Source: Octopus sinensis
Taxonomy: Eukaryota
Assembly (NCBI RefSeq): GCF_006345805.1
Contig: NC_042997.1
Coordinates: forward strand, 98,456,001-98,520,000
Direction of reading: 5' to 3'
Length of the DNA: 64,000 bases
Part shown: positions 13,200 to 24,539 of the stretch, one piece after another
How positions within the stretch are numbered: position 1 is the stretch's first letter
How the letters are laid out: every line of letters begins with the position of its first letter
Program-made: the position numbers and the translations under genes
The notes under the pieces: generated by a model
Seen by the model: the letters and a program-made list of their open reading frames with translations, nothing else
Told to the model about the DNA's origin: nothing
Databases searched by the model: none

Positions 13200-14917
13200 A
13201 CCGACCTATTTTTTGGGGGAGTCGTTATTCTGGTGTGTTTGTTTTGAGTGCGTCATTGTGAAGAGGTTGTGAGTTCGAGTTCGTTGCTGGAGGACGTGGT
13301 GAATTTTATTTGGAGATTTTGAAAATGCAAGACTAGACGTATGCGAGAGCAGCAGGCAAGGCCTGGTTGCCAGTGAACTAGAAATGGAAGAAGTGGTAGT
13401 CGAGAAGAAGACTTTAGAAAAATATTCGACAGTTTGAAGAGGGAGGGTGACTGAGTGAGAGTCACACCGTCCGAAGAAGAAGAAAACAACGCGGAGAAAC
13501 GTATGATAACATACAGGACATGGTGTGTGGCGTCAAGAAAAATAGAAGTAGCAGAGACGGAAGAAATAGAGAAATGTCTGCAAGGAATTGAGGGTGAACC
13601 TACGTTTTTCAACAGAGGAAGGAAATATGCCACAGTGGTGGTACACTTTAAAAATGAAAATGAAGCAAGAAAGAATGCGACAAAAATTCTAAAATCTGAA
13701 AGTTGGACTTTATTACCGAGTTACTGCGGAAAGAGGGCAGTCAGAATAAGAATTAGTAGGATTTCGCCCGAACTTAACATGGAGAGGATATTAGCGGCAG
13801 TAGTTTTCAACTGCAAGGAAAGTGTGGAGGTGGTGAAGGTGGAAAAGTCAACAGAAGTTAAGTGGTGGGGATATGCGGTACAGGTTCTGGCACATATAAC
13901 CGTGCCAGACCTATACAACATCCCGGAGGAGTTGGTCTTCCCTGATGAGACACGGCTTAGAGTCGTGGTAGAGGGAAGACCCCCAGTCTGTTATAATTGT
14001 AAATTAAGAGGCCACATGAAGGATGTGTGCCCGCTGGAGAAAACGATAGCACCGGAGGCTGTAACGAAGGAGTGTAAAGATACGTGTGTGGAGGAGGGAG
14101 AAGTGCAGGAGGAAACGAAAGCAGTGGAGGAGCAAACGGAGGAGCAGCTAATTGAGGATGTGGAAGAAGAACGTGCAAGTGCAGAGGATGAAAGAACAGA
14201 AGATAGGAAGAGAACAAGGGTGGAATCACCACCGAAAGTTCTAAAAAAGAAAAAAATCAAAAGCAAGATAACAGAAGAAAAAGAAGAGAGAACGTGCAAA
14301 GAAAAGGACGAACAGACAAAGACAGAGGTAAACCTAGAATGGAGAAAAAACGTGAGAGAACAGTTGGATGCTTGTAAAAAGGGAAAAAGACCGGTAGGAA
14401 AATACCTGAAAGTATTCGTGTTGTACGTCAAAAACACAGATGTGGAAAAAAGACTTGCAGGTAGGAAAGGATTAATTAGGGTTAAATTACACCCAAAACT
14501 GCATGATGACGATGTGAAAGGGGTAGTTGTAGATAAGAGGAACATTTACTAAATTGAAAAGTATGTTTGATGAGGTTTATTTAACGTATTATGTATGTTA
14601 TGACAATTTGCCAAATGTGATAGACCAGATGGAATTAACAAAGTACATTACGGACGAACATCCAATAGAACTGGAATATATGTAATTGTAAAATTGTAAA
14701 ATGTAAAATTGTATTTTCAACTGGAATATATGTAATTGTAAAATGTAAAATTGTATTTTAAACGGAACTGCGAGTTGGGGGCTCGTAAGCCGTTCCATCT
14801 AACTCATTACACAGAATTCATCTTTATTTCATATTTTATTTTTTACTTTATGTACCCCATGTCCCGTCTTGTAATGTCCCCTCTGCATTCGGGCCATCGT
14901 GCCCATAATAAAGATAT
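13200..14917 (+). pseudogene. ORF1-only element, copy B (diverged C-terminus, early stops)
   Basis: ORF 13455-14552 with CYNCKLRGHMKDVC; TAG at codon 4; the 3' third differs from copy A; followed by AATATCACCAGCTGACC. Confidence 0.8.
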
Positions 14918-14927
14918 AATATCACCA

Positions 14928-15007
14928 GCTGACCGGTTTCTGCTACTCTAGGCCGATGAAGGACAACGATCCTGAAACACGGTGTCCCTAGATGCAGTTC
15001 CGGCAGC
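14928..15007 (+). ncRNA. Type I hammerhead ribozyme with extended stem I, core CCGAUGA (U4C)
   Basis: GCTGaCCGGtttCTGCtacTCTAGG-CCGATGA-AGGA-caacga-TCCT-GAAA-CAcggTG-TC-CCTAGAtGCAGttCCGGCAGC; predicted cut after C14986 (GUC). Confidence 0.8.
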
Positions 15008-15290
15008 CGGGGGTGTTTGTCTCCCCTTCGTATATGTATATAAGGACACAGGAAAAAATGTGTCAAAGCTATCAGGAGGCGTCGATGCCTCCTAGGGCTA
15101 TACAGCGGTGGTGTACCCCCTACTGTCACGTTCTTGTTAGATTGACAGTATACAACCATTCTATCGCCCCACCACCGTACATGTCTCTACGAGAGATTTA
15201 GAAATTCAATATTTCTTATTTTGATAATTAGTGAATAAACTTCACTGAATATAAATATATACAATTACGAAGTCGAGGCAAATATCACCA

Positions 15291-15370
15291 GCTGACCGGT
15301 GTCTGCTACTCTAGGCCGATGAAGGACAACGATCCTGAAACACGGTGTCCCTAGATGCAGTTCCGGCAGC
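15291..15370 (+). ncRNA. Second copy of the same hammerhead
   Basis: Identical core at 15310-15355, one 363-bp unit downstream. Confidence 0.8.
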
Positions 15371-15539
15371 CGGGGGTGTTTGTCTCCCCTTCGTATATGT
15401 ATATAAGGACACAGGGAAAAAATGTGTCAAAGCTATCAGGAGGCGTTCGATGCCTCCTAGGGCTATACAGCGGTGGTGTACCCCCTACTGTCACGTTCTT
15501 GTTAGATTGACAGTATACAACCAATTTTAATTTCGTTAT

Positions 15540-15599
15540 CTCTATATTGAATCAATTTCGGAATTAATCCTATAAAGGATACATTCTTCGTCAGTAGAG
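15540..15599 (-). ncRNA. Type I hammerhead of the 491-bp unit (intact core, inverted copy)
   Basis: Minus strand: CTCTA-CTGACGA-aGAAT...ATTCc-GAAA-TTGAtTCAA-TA-TAGAG. Confidence 0.7.
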
Positions 15600-16056
15600 C
15601 TTACGAGGGAATATAAATAAAATACTTACATGCGTTTATGGAAAAAGCAGAAGCTAAAAACATAACTACATTTAAGTACATCATTTATATCTAAAAATAA
15701 AAATTCCTTGGTCAGTCTCAGAAACAACCTGTTGACTTTAGCCCTTTATTATAAGATGTTCATATTTCAACCGTAAAGTTTGTTTTAATATACTGCCACA
15801 CTTCCTGATGGAATTCTTTTCTGTAGAGAAAGGGGCTTCATCCTATATTTGTTAGTAGTAAATCCATTACTGCTTGCTTACAGGGGAGTGGTAACCATTA
15901 AAATATGTAGCGGCGAAAAGTCAACAGGTTGTTCTCAGACTGACCAAGGAATTTTTTATTTTTAGATATAAATGATGTACTGAAATGTAGTTATGTTTTT
16001 AGCTTCTGCTTTTTCCATAAACGCATGTGAGTATTTTATTTATATTTCCTCGTAAG

Positions 16057-16116
16057 CTCTACTGACGAAGAATGTATCCTTTATAGGATTAATTCCAAAA
16101 TTGATTCAATATAGAG
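16057..16116 (+). ncRNA. Same hammerhead on the plus strand with G12 mutated to A (probably inactive)
   Basis: CTCTA-CTGACGA...ATTCC-AAAA-TTGATTCAATA-TAGAG. Confidence 0.6.
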
Positions 16117-16345
16117 ATAACGAAATTTAAATTTTCTAAAGGTTAGTTGCCCGATTTTCAGTTCAATTTTCCCTGTAACAGTGGATTATAAGTGGATAAC
16201 CAGTATATTGGCTTCTGAAATAGCTTCTCTAGCCCTTTATTATAAGATGTTCATATTTCAACCGTAAAGGTTTTTTTAATATACTGCCACGCTTCCTGAT
16301 GGAATTCTTTTCTGTAGAGAAAGGGGCTTCATCCTATATTTGTTA

Positions 16346-16418
<73 letters not shown>

Positions 16419-16504
16419 GTAAATGTATGTAATATATATATGTATCTATATATAAATATATATATAATATAAATATGTATATGTGTATACACACACACAC
16501 ACAC

Positions 16505-16563
<59 letters not shown>

Positions 16564-17614
16564 CCTTCACACTGCAAAATGGAATGTTAAAAAAAGCAAT
16601 ACACAGTGCTGCCACAATTATATTTCCAAATACAACTACTTCTTACTGGCTATTTTGTTTTGAGTTAATCTTAAATCTCCAACCTCTTCAACCGTTCAGA
16701 ATACTTTTTCCATCATCTTGGCTTAACAACCCTCATCGTTTGTTTCTACTGTGTTATTCTCTTTGTCCTGTCTGTTACTGTTTTTACTTTTATTGTTTTT
16801 ACTGTCTTGCTTTGTTCTTACTGTCCTCTTCTTGTTACCACTTTTACTCCTCCGCAAAAAATCGCAAATTTTATTTAATTTGCTTTGCAGGAAGGACTAT
16901 TTCAACGAAGTTGCGTCTTGTCCTTACCTTCGAAACACGGAGTAGACGAACCAGGGACAACTGAAGAAGGGGAATATTCCTCGTGTTGTATGTCTTTTAC
17001 TCTGTTTTTTCGTTGTTTGAAAAAAAATTCGTTTCCATGTTTTTGCTTTTATGTTTTCGTTTCTCATTGAGTTCAACGTTTTTTTTTATGTCCTGTACAC
17101 ATATGCATGTATATATACATATAGATGTAGGTATGTACATATATGTATGTATATGCATATATTTATATATTATTTATATTATCATATGATCGAACGCCAC
17201 GCATCCTTTTCCAAGTAAGTTTATATATAAATATACATAACTGTGTAAATATTACAGCAGTAATGGTATTATAACCTAAGCTAAAATAGTATCTATTGGC
17301 ATTATAACACAATGGCTATTGTCTATCGACATTGTTACTCCCCTCCAGGGGATTCATTTGAACGACGTGATATACAATTGAATATGACGAGGTGGCCCAC
17401 ATTACTAAAGATGATGATGATGACGAGAGGGGGAGGCAGAAGCGGAAGGGGAGGTTAACGAAGACTATTACAAGTGCAACATTTCTAATCATTACAAATG
17501 ATGATGGATGTTTGTGCATGTGAATGCCTGTGTGTGCTATTGTGTACGTATGCATGTGGGTATATATGTGTGTGTGTGTGTTTATATATGTGTATATATA
17601 AGTATATATGAAAC

Positions 17615-17659
<45 letters not shown>

Positions 17660-18529
17660 AAAGAGAGACGTGGAGAGAGAGAAAGAGACATATTGCATTA
17701 TGAAATGTTTCTATATACGATCGGGAAGGTATTGCTGGAGGCACACCAGTAAAGCAGCGGATGCTTAACTGAGAGATCCGTAGATCAAAACTAAGTTCTG
17801 CGTGATATTTTCCTTCCACCAGCATAGCTCAGTCTGTCGAGCGGTGTTTGTTAACCCTTGCGTAATCCTTCAAAAGAAAATACATGTTTCAAGGAATCCC
17901 TGCACAAAAGAAATTATATACCATATCTTTCTCATATTTTTTCATCGTAGCTCACGTGGGTTCACAACATAATAGGTTAGATAGGATGATGTCTATATTA
18001 TAATATTACAATATTACAAGATGCTGTGCATAAATAATAATGTTGTGATCAGGAAATTAGCATTAGATTATCGCACTCATTCTCACGGAACACCTAGGAA
18101 TCTTTTGCAAAACTCTAGGCTTCCGGGGAACACCGGTTGAAAAAAAGCTGAGTTAAAATATTACACACGCGTTCGCGAGATTGTGATTTCAATTCCTTTA
18201 TTGGGTGCTGGTTGTGTTCTTGAGCAAAGCAGTTGATCTCATGTTGCTTCGCAATCACTTCAGCACCTGTTCACATAACGATCGATTTGATGGATTGAAT
18301 GAGCTGATGTACAGCATGAGCACTTCATCACTATAAACAAATCATTTGTGCAGACCGTTGGGCAAAGGTTGAAAGCCCATACGTTGTCTTCAACTAGAGA
18401 GTCCATTATACATACATATATATATATATGTACACACACATAAGTATCTAAAGTTACATGTACATGTATACATAAATATATGTGGGAATAAAACATGTAA
18501 ATATATATACTTATATATATATACATACA

Positions 18530-18607
<78 letters not shown>

Positions 18608-18859
18608 ATAAATATATATATACATAAACAGTTGAAACACTCATGTCACAACCTGGGACCTTGAAGACTAATTTAATGCAAGAAAATATACTAGACCTTT
18701 AATATTTGATATTCAATTTTCTATCTATTCAATAAGACAATCAATACTGCATTTCATTTTACTATATATAATATTTATACTATATATTCTATATTCTACA
18801 TTAATATTATAAAGAATAAAAATAAAACATAAAAACAGAGTTGGAATTCCTTTGAATAA

Positions 18860-20290
18860 AGGGGAATTTCAACCGTGTTTCGTGGTCTGCTACCACAACA
18901 GCTCCTTTATAGGATCCAGTTAGCTCAGGACATCATCAGGAGGAACCACGTCCGGTTTCGGCCCCCACTCCTCTACCGTTTAGACGTGCCCCCCCCCCTT
19001 CGGAGGTGTCTTCAGCTCTGGTGCTGGGTGCATGTCTTCTTTCTTCTTTCTTCTGTTCGCTGGCCTCTTCGATGTAGCTTCAAGGAGTGTCAGCGGGCGA
19101 CTGACTGTCTTGTGAAATTTCCCTGTAAATACCAGCCCAGCAAGTTGTCACGTGACACTGTCTTAACTGTAACTGACCAATGAAGGCGCGTAGTCTTAGC
19201 CCACGCATTCTCTAAGCGAGACCGTCACTTGTCAATCAGATCAGCGAAGTTAATTCTGTGTCAGCTTGTCTCACTTAGTGATGTTATTTTCCTGCCGGCA
19301 TGTTATGACTTTCAAGACATTTTTAGTTTTCCTGCTTCAGCCATATATAGAAGCTGGCTTTTTCGACCGCCTCCTGTACTCTCCTTATTAGTTTTCGCAG
19401 CTCCGAGCTAGAAAAAACAAATCTTTTGAATAGCGTTGTCATTTTTCTTTCAATGAAGCCCCTAGCCCCCACTGCCAGGTGGTAATACTCGACATTCCAT
19501 CCCTGTTCTCTGCACTCTTCGATTAGTTTTTGTACCTCTTCTCCTTTCGTTTCTCTGCATTGTCGATCTTCTTTTCCCATGGCACTGTCAGTTCTAGCAA
19601 AATTCCTATTCTCCGTTGTCTGTCCGATGGGACTAAATCTGGTCTTTTTGTCGTTTTTATGAGTAGAAATATTACTAGTCTTTCCAAATCCGTGGCCAGC
19701 TCCCAGTGTCCCTTACATATTTCGTCTATCTCGTATATTTTACTTGTAGGCCTGGTTTTATATCCTTTTCCCTCCTTCTGGAAGTATACTTTCCTGCGCT
19801 TTTCCACTTTTGGGTACTCTCCCCTATTGTATCTCTCGATCTTCTCCTTGAGTGCTGCGCTTATGACGCCGAGGACTCGATTATGCCGCCATGTATACCT
19901 TTCTAGTGCTAGTCTGCAGTTTAACAGCACATGTCTAACCGTCGCTTTCTCTCCGCATCTACATTCATCGGTTGTTTTTATGTCCCACCGGAATAAGTTC
20001 GCCGGTGAGGGTAGAATGTCGAAGGTAGACCTGATCAGTAAGGATGTTCTTGCTTGTTTCCAAGCCCAAAGTTCCTTCCATGATATTCTGCGGCTGATCA
20101 CATATTCCTCCCATCTCACTCAGGCACTGTCTCTGTTGACTACATGGCATCAAATGTACATTTCGCCTTTCTTCTTGCCCCTTTCTCACTTCGTGTACCA
20201 CTGCCTCTTTCATCTCTCTTCTGCGTCTATTGAGTTAAAAAGCGTTCTGTGCCGTATGAATATGTCCCTCGTTTAAGAAGCTGTGGCAAA
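18860..20290 (-). mobile_element. 3' part of a HERO-like RLE non-LTR retrotransposon (degraded)
   Basis: CRCGEKATVRHVLLNC (CCHC), RYTWRHNRVL, KRPDLV...ELTVPWE and AVGARGF are motifs of the restriction-like endonuclease region. Confidence 0.8.
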
Positions 20291-20732
20291 AACACCCAGA
20301 CTTTGACAAGTGTTTGTTGTTTCTCTCTAATGGTTATCACCCTTTCTTCTTCTATTTCTCTCTTTCCTCCCTTCCCTTCACATTCTTTCAATAACGACGT
20401 TTGAAGCTTCCAATATCTTTCCCCCGCCGCCTTCGCCAGCGCTGTCCCTCTTTCTCCCATATCCTCTCTCTCTCTCTCTGTACGTCTGTCTGCACTTTCT
20501 CTTTATAACCTTCTTTCTATAACGACGTTTCACAGCTTCGCCGTCTCTCTGTCACTCTTTCTCACACCACCTTTCTCACTGTATCTATATAGAGAGAAAC
20601 CGTGGCAGTAGCAACAGTTTAAATATTCCCGTCTTTTAGAACGGTGACATATTATCGCCCACCACCATCGCACAATCATAACAGATATTATTAATCAGAT
20701 ATATTGTGTTAATTTATATATATGTGTGTGTA

Positions 20733-21112
20733 TCTCTTATTATAAAAGGCAGATTTTATCTGCCTCCCTTTGGGAGTTATACAAATCTACAATATAGGAT
20801 TTCTTCAATTACAATTTACCTAGCATTTTTAAGAGTACAATGCATCGCGTCATGCCAGGTCCAGTTTTTAAAATTTAAACTCCAATTAAGCAAAATTTAC
20901 AGAAAACTCACATTCTGGTGTGTGTGTCAAATGCTTTTCTTAGTCTGGTTTACACCACACGCAAACGCACACACACAGTGGGCAACGAATAAAATGAAAG
21001 TAATTCACTTACTGTAGTGAGTGATTCTTTCACTCTGCCTCCCACTTCCTCTTTCCACACATAGACACGCAAATATATAAATAAAATTGTAAGCTAACGT
21101 GCGTGTGTGTGA

Positions 21113-21145
<33 letters not shown>

Positions 21146-21150
21146 TGAGG

Positions 21151-21186
<36 letters not shown>

Positions 21187-21240
21187 GCGTGAGTGTGTGA
21201 CAGGAAAGTTTTTACGACGAATATAAGACCTATATCCAAG
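20733..21240 (+). mobile_element. Possible non-autonomous Helitron-like element
   Basis: 5' A|TCTCTTATTATAAAAG resembles the two clear Helitron 5' ends in this window; the 3' CTAG and hairpin are not canonical. Confidence 0.35.
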
Positions 21241-21249
21241 TAGCAGAAA

Positions 21250-21515
21250 GATAAGACAGTAAGGTGTGATTTGAGGGAGATTTGGCTGCTATTTCTACCA
21301 TGTCTAGCTGCCATGTAGGGGTCTCCCTCATAGGCTCATACATACATATATACATAGATAAGACAGTAAGGTGTGATTTGGGGGAAATTTGGCTGCTATT
21401 TCTACCAGGTCTAGCTACCACGTAGAGGTCCCCCTCATTGGCTCATATATATATACATACATAAGACAGTAAGGTGTGATTTGAGGGAGATTTGGCTGCT
21501 GTTTCTACCAGGTCT
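21250..21515 (+). repeat. Tandem repeat of ~105 bp, about 2.5 copies
   Basis: ATAAGACAGTAAGGTGTGATTTG...TTTGGCTGCT(A/G)TTTCTACCA at ~21251, 21358 and 21461. Confidence 0.85.
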
Positions 21516-21882
21516 GTTAGGCCTTCTCATGTAAACTCAAGCTTTCTCATGCCTTGAACATAAGACCAAAGCAGAGAATGTATTCTTTTATTCTTCTGCT
21601 TTTTCCAGCCATTGGTCTGTGGCCATGCTGGGGCAATGCCTTGAAGAATTGTAGTTTAATGAATCAACTCCAGTTTTATTTTTGTAAGCATTGTACTTAT
21701 TCTATCTGTTTCCTTTGTCAAACCACTAGGTGACAGGGATGTAAACAAACCAGCATTCGTTGTCAAGCAGTGGTGGAGGACAATCACAAGCACAGACACG
21801 CACACACACACACATACATGCATACACATATACACACATACATACATACATACATATATATATATATATGTGTATATATATA

Positions 21883-22199
21883 TTGCAGCGTGGAAGGTGT
21901 TTGTAAGCCATTTAAGAAACACACAAAAACCGTTACATTCACTTCAACATTTAAATTTAATTTGCCAAAATATTTTCGTCGCTTTGAGGCCGTGACCTGT
22001 TCACTGACAAAAATATCGTGCTAACAGGTCGCGGTCTCAAAGCGACGAAAATATTTTGACAATTAAATTTAAATGTTGAAGTGAATCTAACGGTTTTTGT
22101 GTGTTTCTTAAATGGCTTATAAACACCTTCAACGCTGCAACTGTTTTCGTTCCAGCACACGATCTCAGATCAAGTCACTTGCTATGCAAGTACATCTCT

Positions 22200-22200
<1 letters not shown>
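21883..22200. mobile_element. Fold-back mini-element with a hammerhead-like motif (G3-C8 core); second locus at 62130-62471
   Basis: 21883-22000 is inverted at 22023-22140; minus strand 21962-22010 reads TTGTCA-GTGAACA-gGTCAC...GCGAC-GAAA-ATAT-TT-TGGCAA. Confidence 0.7.
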
Positions 22201-22237
<37 letters not shown>

Positions 22238-22300
22238 TGGTAAAAACAGTAAGATAACAAAAGAAAGAAAGAGACCTCAATATTATGTAAATAGAGGAAA

Positions 22301-22695
22301 TCTTTATATATAAAAGTGAGGTTGTGTGTCTGTCTCCTACGATTTAGATTCCTAACTACTCCCACATTTTGCGGTGCAGTTTAACCAAAACCGGGTATCT
22401 TATAGTCGTGATTCATATCGAGACCGTCTGGGTATTAGCGCGCGTCTACGATTAGTCTACGATTTAAAAAAAAAATTACCATCAATTTTTCCCATTTTTA
22501 ATCCATTTTTGACATATATAAGGGAAATAACTCTCTAAAATTTATTATTAAATCTCAGAACGTAAAAAGCTACAGTAACACCCCTCCCCCTTTGTGGTTA
22601 GCCATATTGAGATGGCTATTATACTTTACATCTCTAAAAATGCTTATATAATTATTTCCCTTACAAACCCGAGCAACGCCGGGCGATACTGCTAG
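22301..22695 (+). mobile_element. Non-autonomous Helitron
   Basis: A|TC start, subterminal hairpin CCCGagcaacgcCGGG, ends CTAG|T, no target-site duplication. Confidence 0.85.
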
Positions 22696-24508
22696 TATAA
22701 ATATATATATAATGTGTATACATATATATCTTTACATATGGGGTTGGGGGGGAAATGGGTTCTTTTGATCTTGATCGGAAGATTTGATGTGCGTGCGTGT
22801 GTATGTGTGAGAGAGAAAGAGAGAGAGAGTGTGTGTGTGTGTATTTGATGAGGCGTGCGAGAAACACACACATATACACACACACACACATACACAAACA
22901 CACACAGATACACGCACACACACACACGGAACGCCAACTTCTACATTAGACAAAAAAAATTAAAACAATATCTATGAATCTGATCATAAAATAGCCAACA
23001 CAAAACGCAAAGCACTAACACACACACATACACGCACACACATACATACACATACACACACTATCATGGGATAATATTATATATAGCACACCATATAACA
23101 CAACACATATCATATAATATATGTAATGTAATATAATCCACTATATAACATGATATCTCATAATTTTTATATTTTATACTGGAGGGTAAGTCTATAACGG
23201 ATACGGCGCCAAAATTAAATCCCACCATCAAAGTCCAAGTATGATAACTATAATTGTTAGTTTCGAAAATACTTAACTGTACGGTTGATGCTATGCATGC
23301 ATAATACCCTTAGGTCTAATATATATTCAATCAGATTGTTCTCGTCTCTATACTTAAAATTTTCAGGAATCGGACTCACGATCGCGAGTCAGTTACCCCT
23401 AACCACTAAGCCACGCGCCTTCCCTCATAACAACAATTATGAGATATTTGAAGTCATGGCTGTGCTTCTCGGGGCGACCAATAATTTACGAGTGAATTTG
23501 ATAGACAGAAACTGTGTGGAATAAAAAAACGAACAAGCATAACAAGAAAAAAGCAACAACACGCGGACGTGGTACACGCAAAGAATTTAGCAGACGCTCT
23601 GGGAAGGAAAGACAGGCAGTTTTACTTTTCGCGCAAAGCTCTTCGTCAAAAAGAAGAGAGGGAGGAAAGTCCAAGAGAAAAAGAAGACGGAGGAAAGCAT
23701 TGCCTACGATCCACATGTGGTTACATTTTGAAATATACATACACACATACATACACATATATATATATATACACACACACACGTATGTATGTATATATGC
23801 ATGTATATGTGTAAGAATATATATATATATATATATATACATCTGTGTGTGTGTGTGCGTGTGTGCTTGTGTATTTTTGCATGTCTTTGCCATTATTTCT
23901 GTACTCCAGTGCTTCACAACCGATGTTGATCTATTTGCGCCCTCGAAACTTACAGATTTAGTAAAAAGAGATGATAGAATAAGTAACAGGATTAACAATA
24001 AGTACTAGAGTCCATTCGCCCGACTAAAACATGTTGTTCGAAACGGTGCTCCAATATGGCCGCAGTGTAGTGACAGAAAGAAGTAAAAAGCTAGATGGTA
24101 AAAGATAACCAATGCAATCAAAATGTCAAAGAAGCTACAGGTAAAACTGCAGGCAAAACTACAGTTAAAACATTCTTTGTCCAGGCATGTTATACTTTCT
24201 CCCCATAAGCACACAAATATCGTTACTCCAGAACATAATTTTAGTTTGAATTGTTATTCCATGCACTTTATCTGATCACTCATTCAGCTTGTCTATTCAA
24301 GAAATAATGTTTCTGTTTTCGTTTTTTCCTAATAGGCTACATGGTATATCTTATTACATTTGTTACTTAAAGTTTTAGTGGATCTTATGTTAGGCATGAT
24401 ACAATTGTATGTATGCACGATACAAATGTATGTATGCATATGCTATATTTATTAAATTGTTATTATATGATCGAACGCTACGCGTCCTCTTCCAAGTAAG
24501 TTTTGATT

Positions 24509-24539
<31 letters not shown>

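Larger units (their letters stand above)
9683..15522 (+). mobile_element. 363-bp hammerhead-containing tandem repeat (retrozyme-like), about 2 units, split by the ORF1 elements
   Basis: 9683-9786 matches 15188-15291; 14918-15157 matches 15281-15523 (offset 363); flanked by a 12-bp duplication AATTTAAATTTC (9671-9682) / AATTTTAATTTC (15523-15534). Confidence 0.8.
9552..16346 (+). mobile_element. Non-autonomous PLE-type/retrozyme unit (491 bp, terminally redundant) with a 5' inverted copy interrupted by nested insertions
   Basis: Direct repeat 15739-15855 = 16230-16346 (offset 491); 9552-9682 plus 15523-15739 are the reverse complement of ~15917-16250; flanked by (TA)n on both sides; carries a hammerhead. 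Confidence 0.8.

Noticed and set aside
10583-14545. Long minus-strand ORFs opposite the ORF1 copies
   Set aside because: Antisense shadows of purine-rich coding sequence (Ser/Phe/Leu-rich, no motifs)
17700-17900. Non-repetitive, GC-richer stretch after (GA)n as a possible exon or promoter
   Set aside because: No recognisable protein motif, splice pair or RNA structure
21250-21515. Repeat-spacer-like array resembling CRISPR
   Set aside because: Eukaryotic context, long degenerate repeats, spacers related to each other, no cas genes
23600-23660. Degenerate hammerhead-like motif on the minus strand (TTGACGA...GCGC-GAAA)
   Set aside because: Stems I and III are not supported
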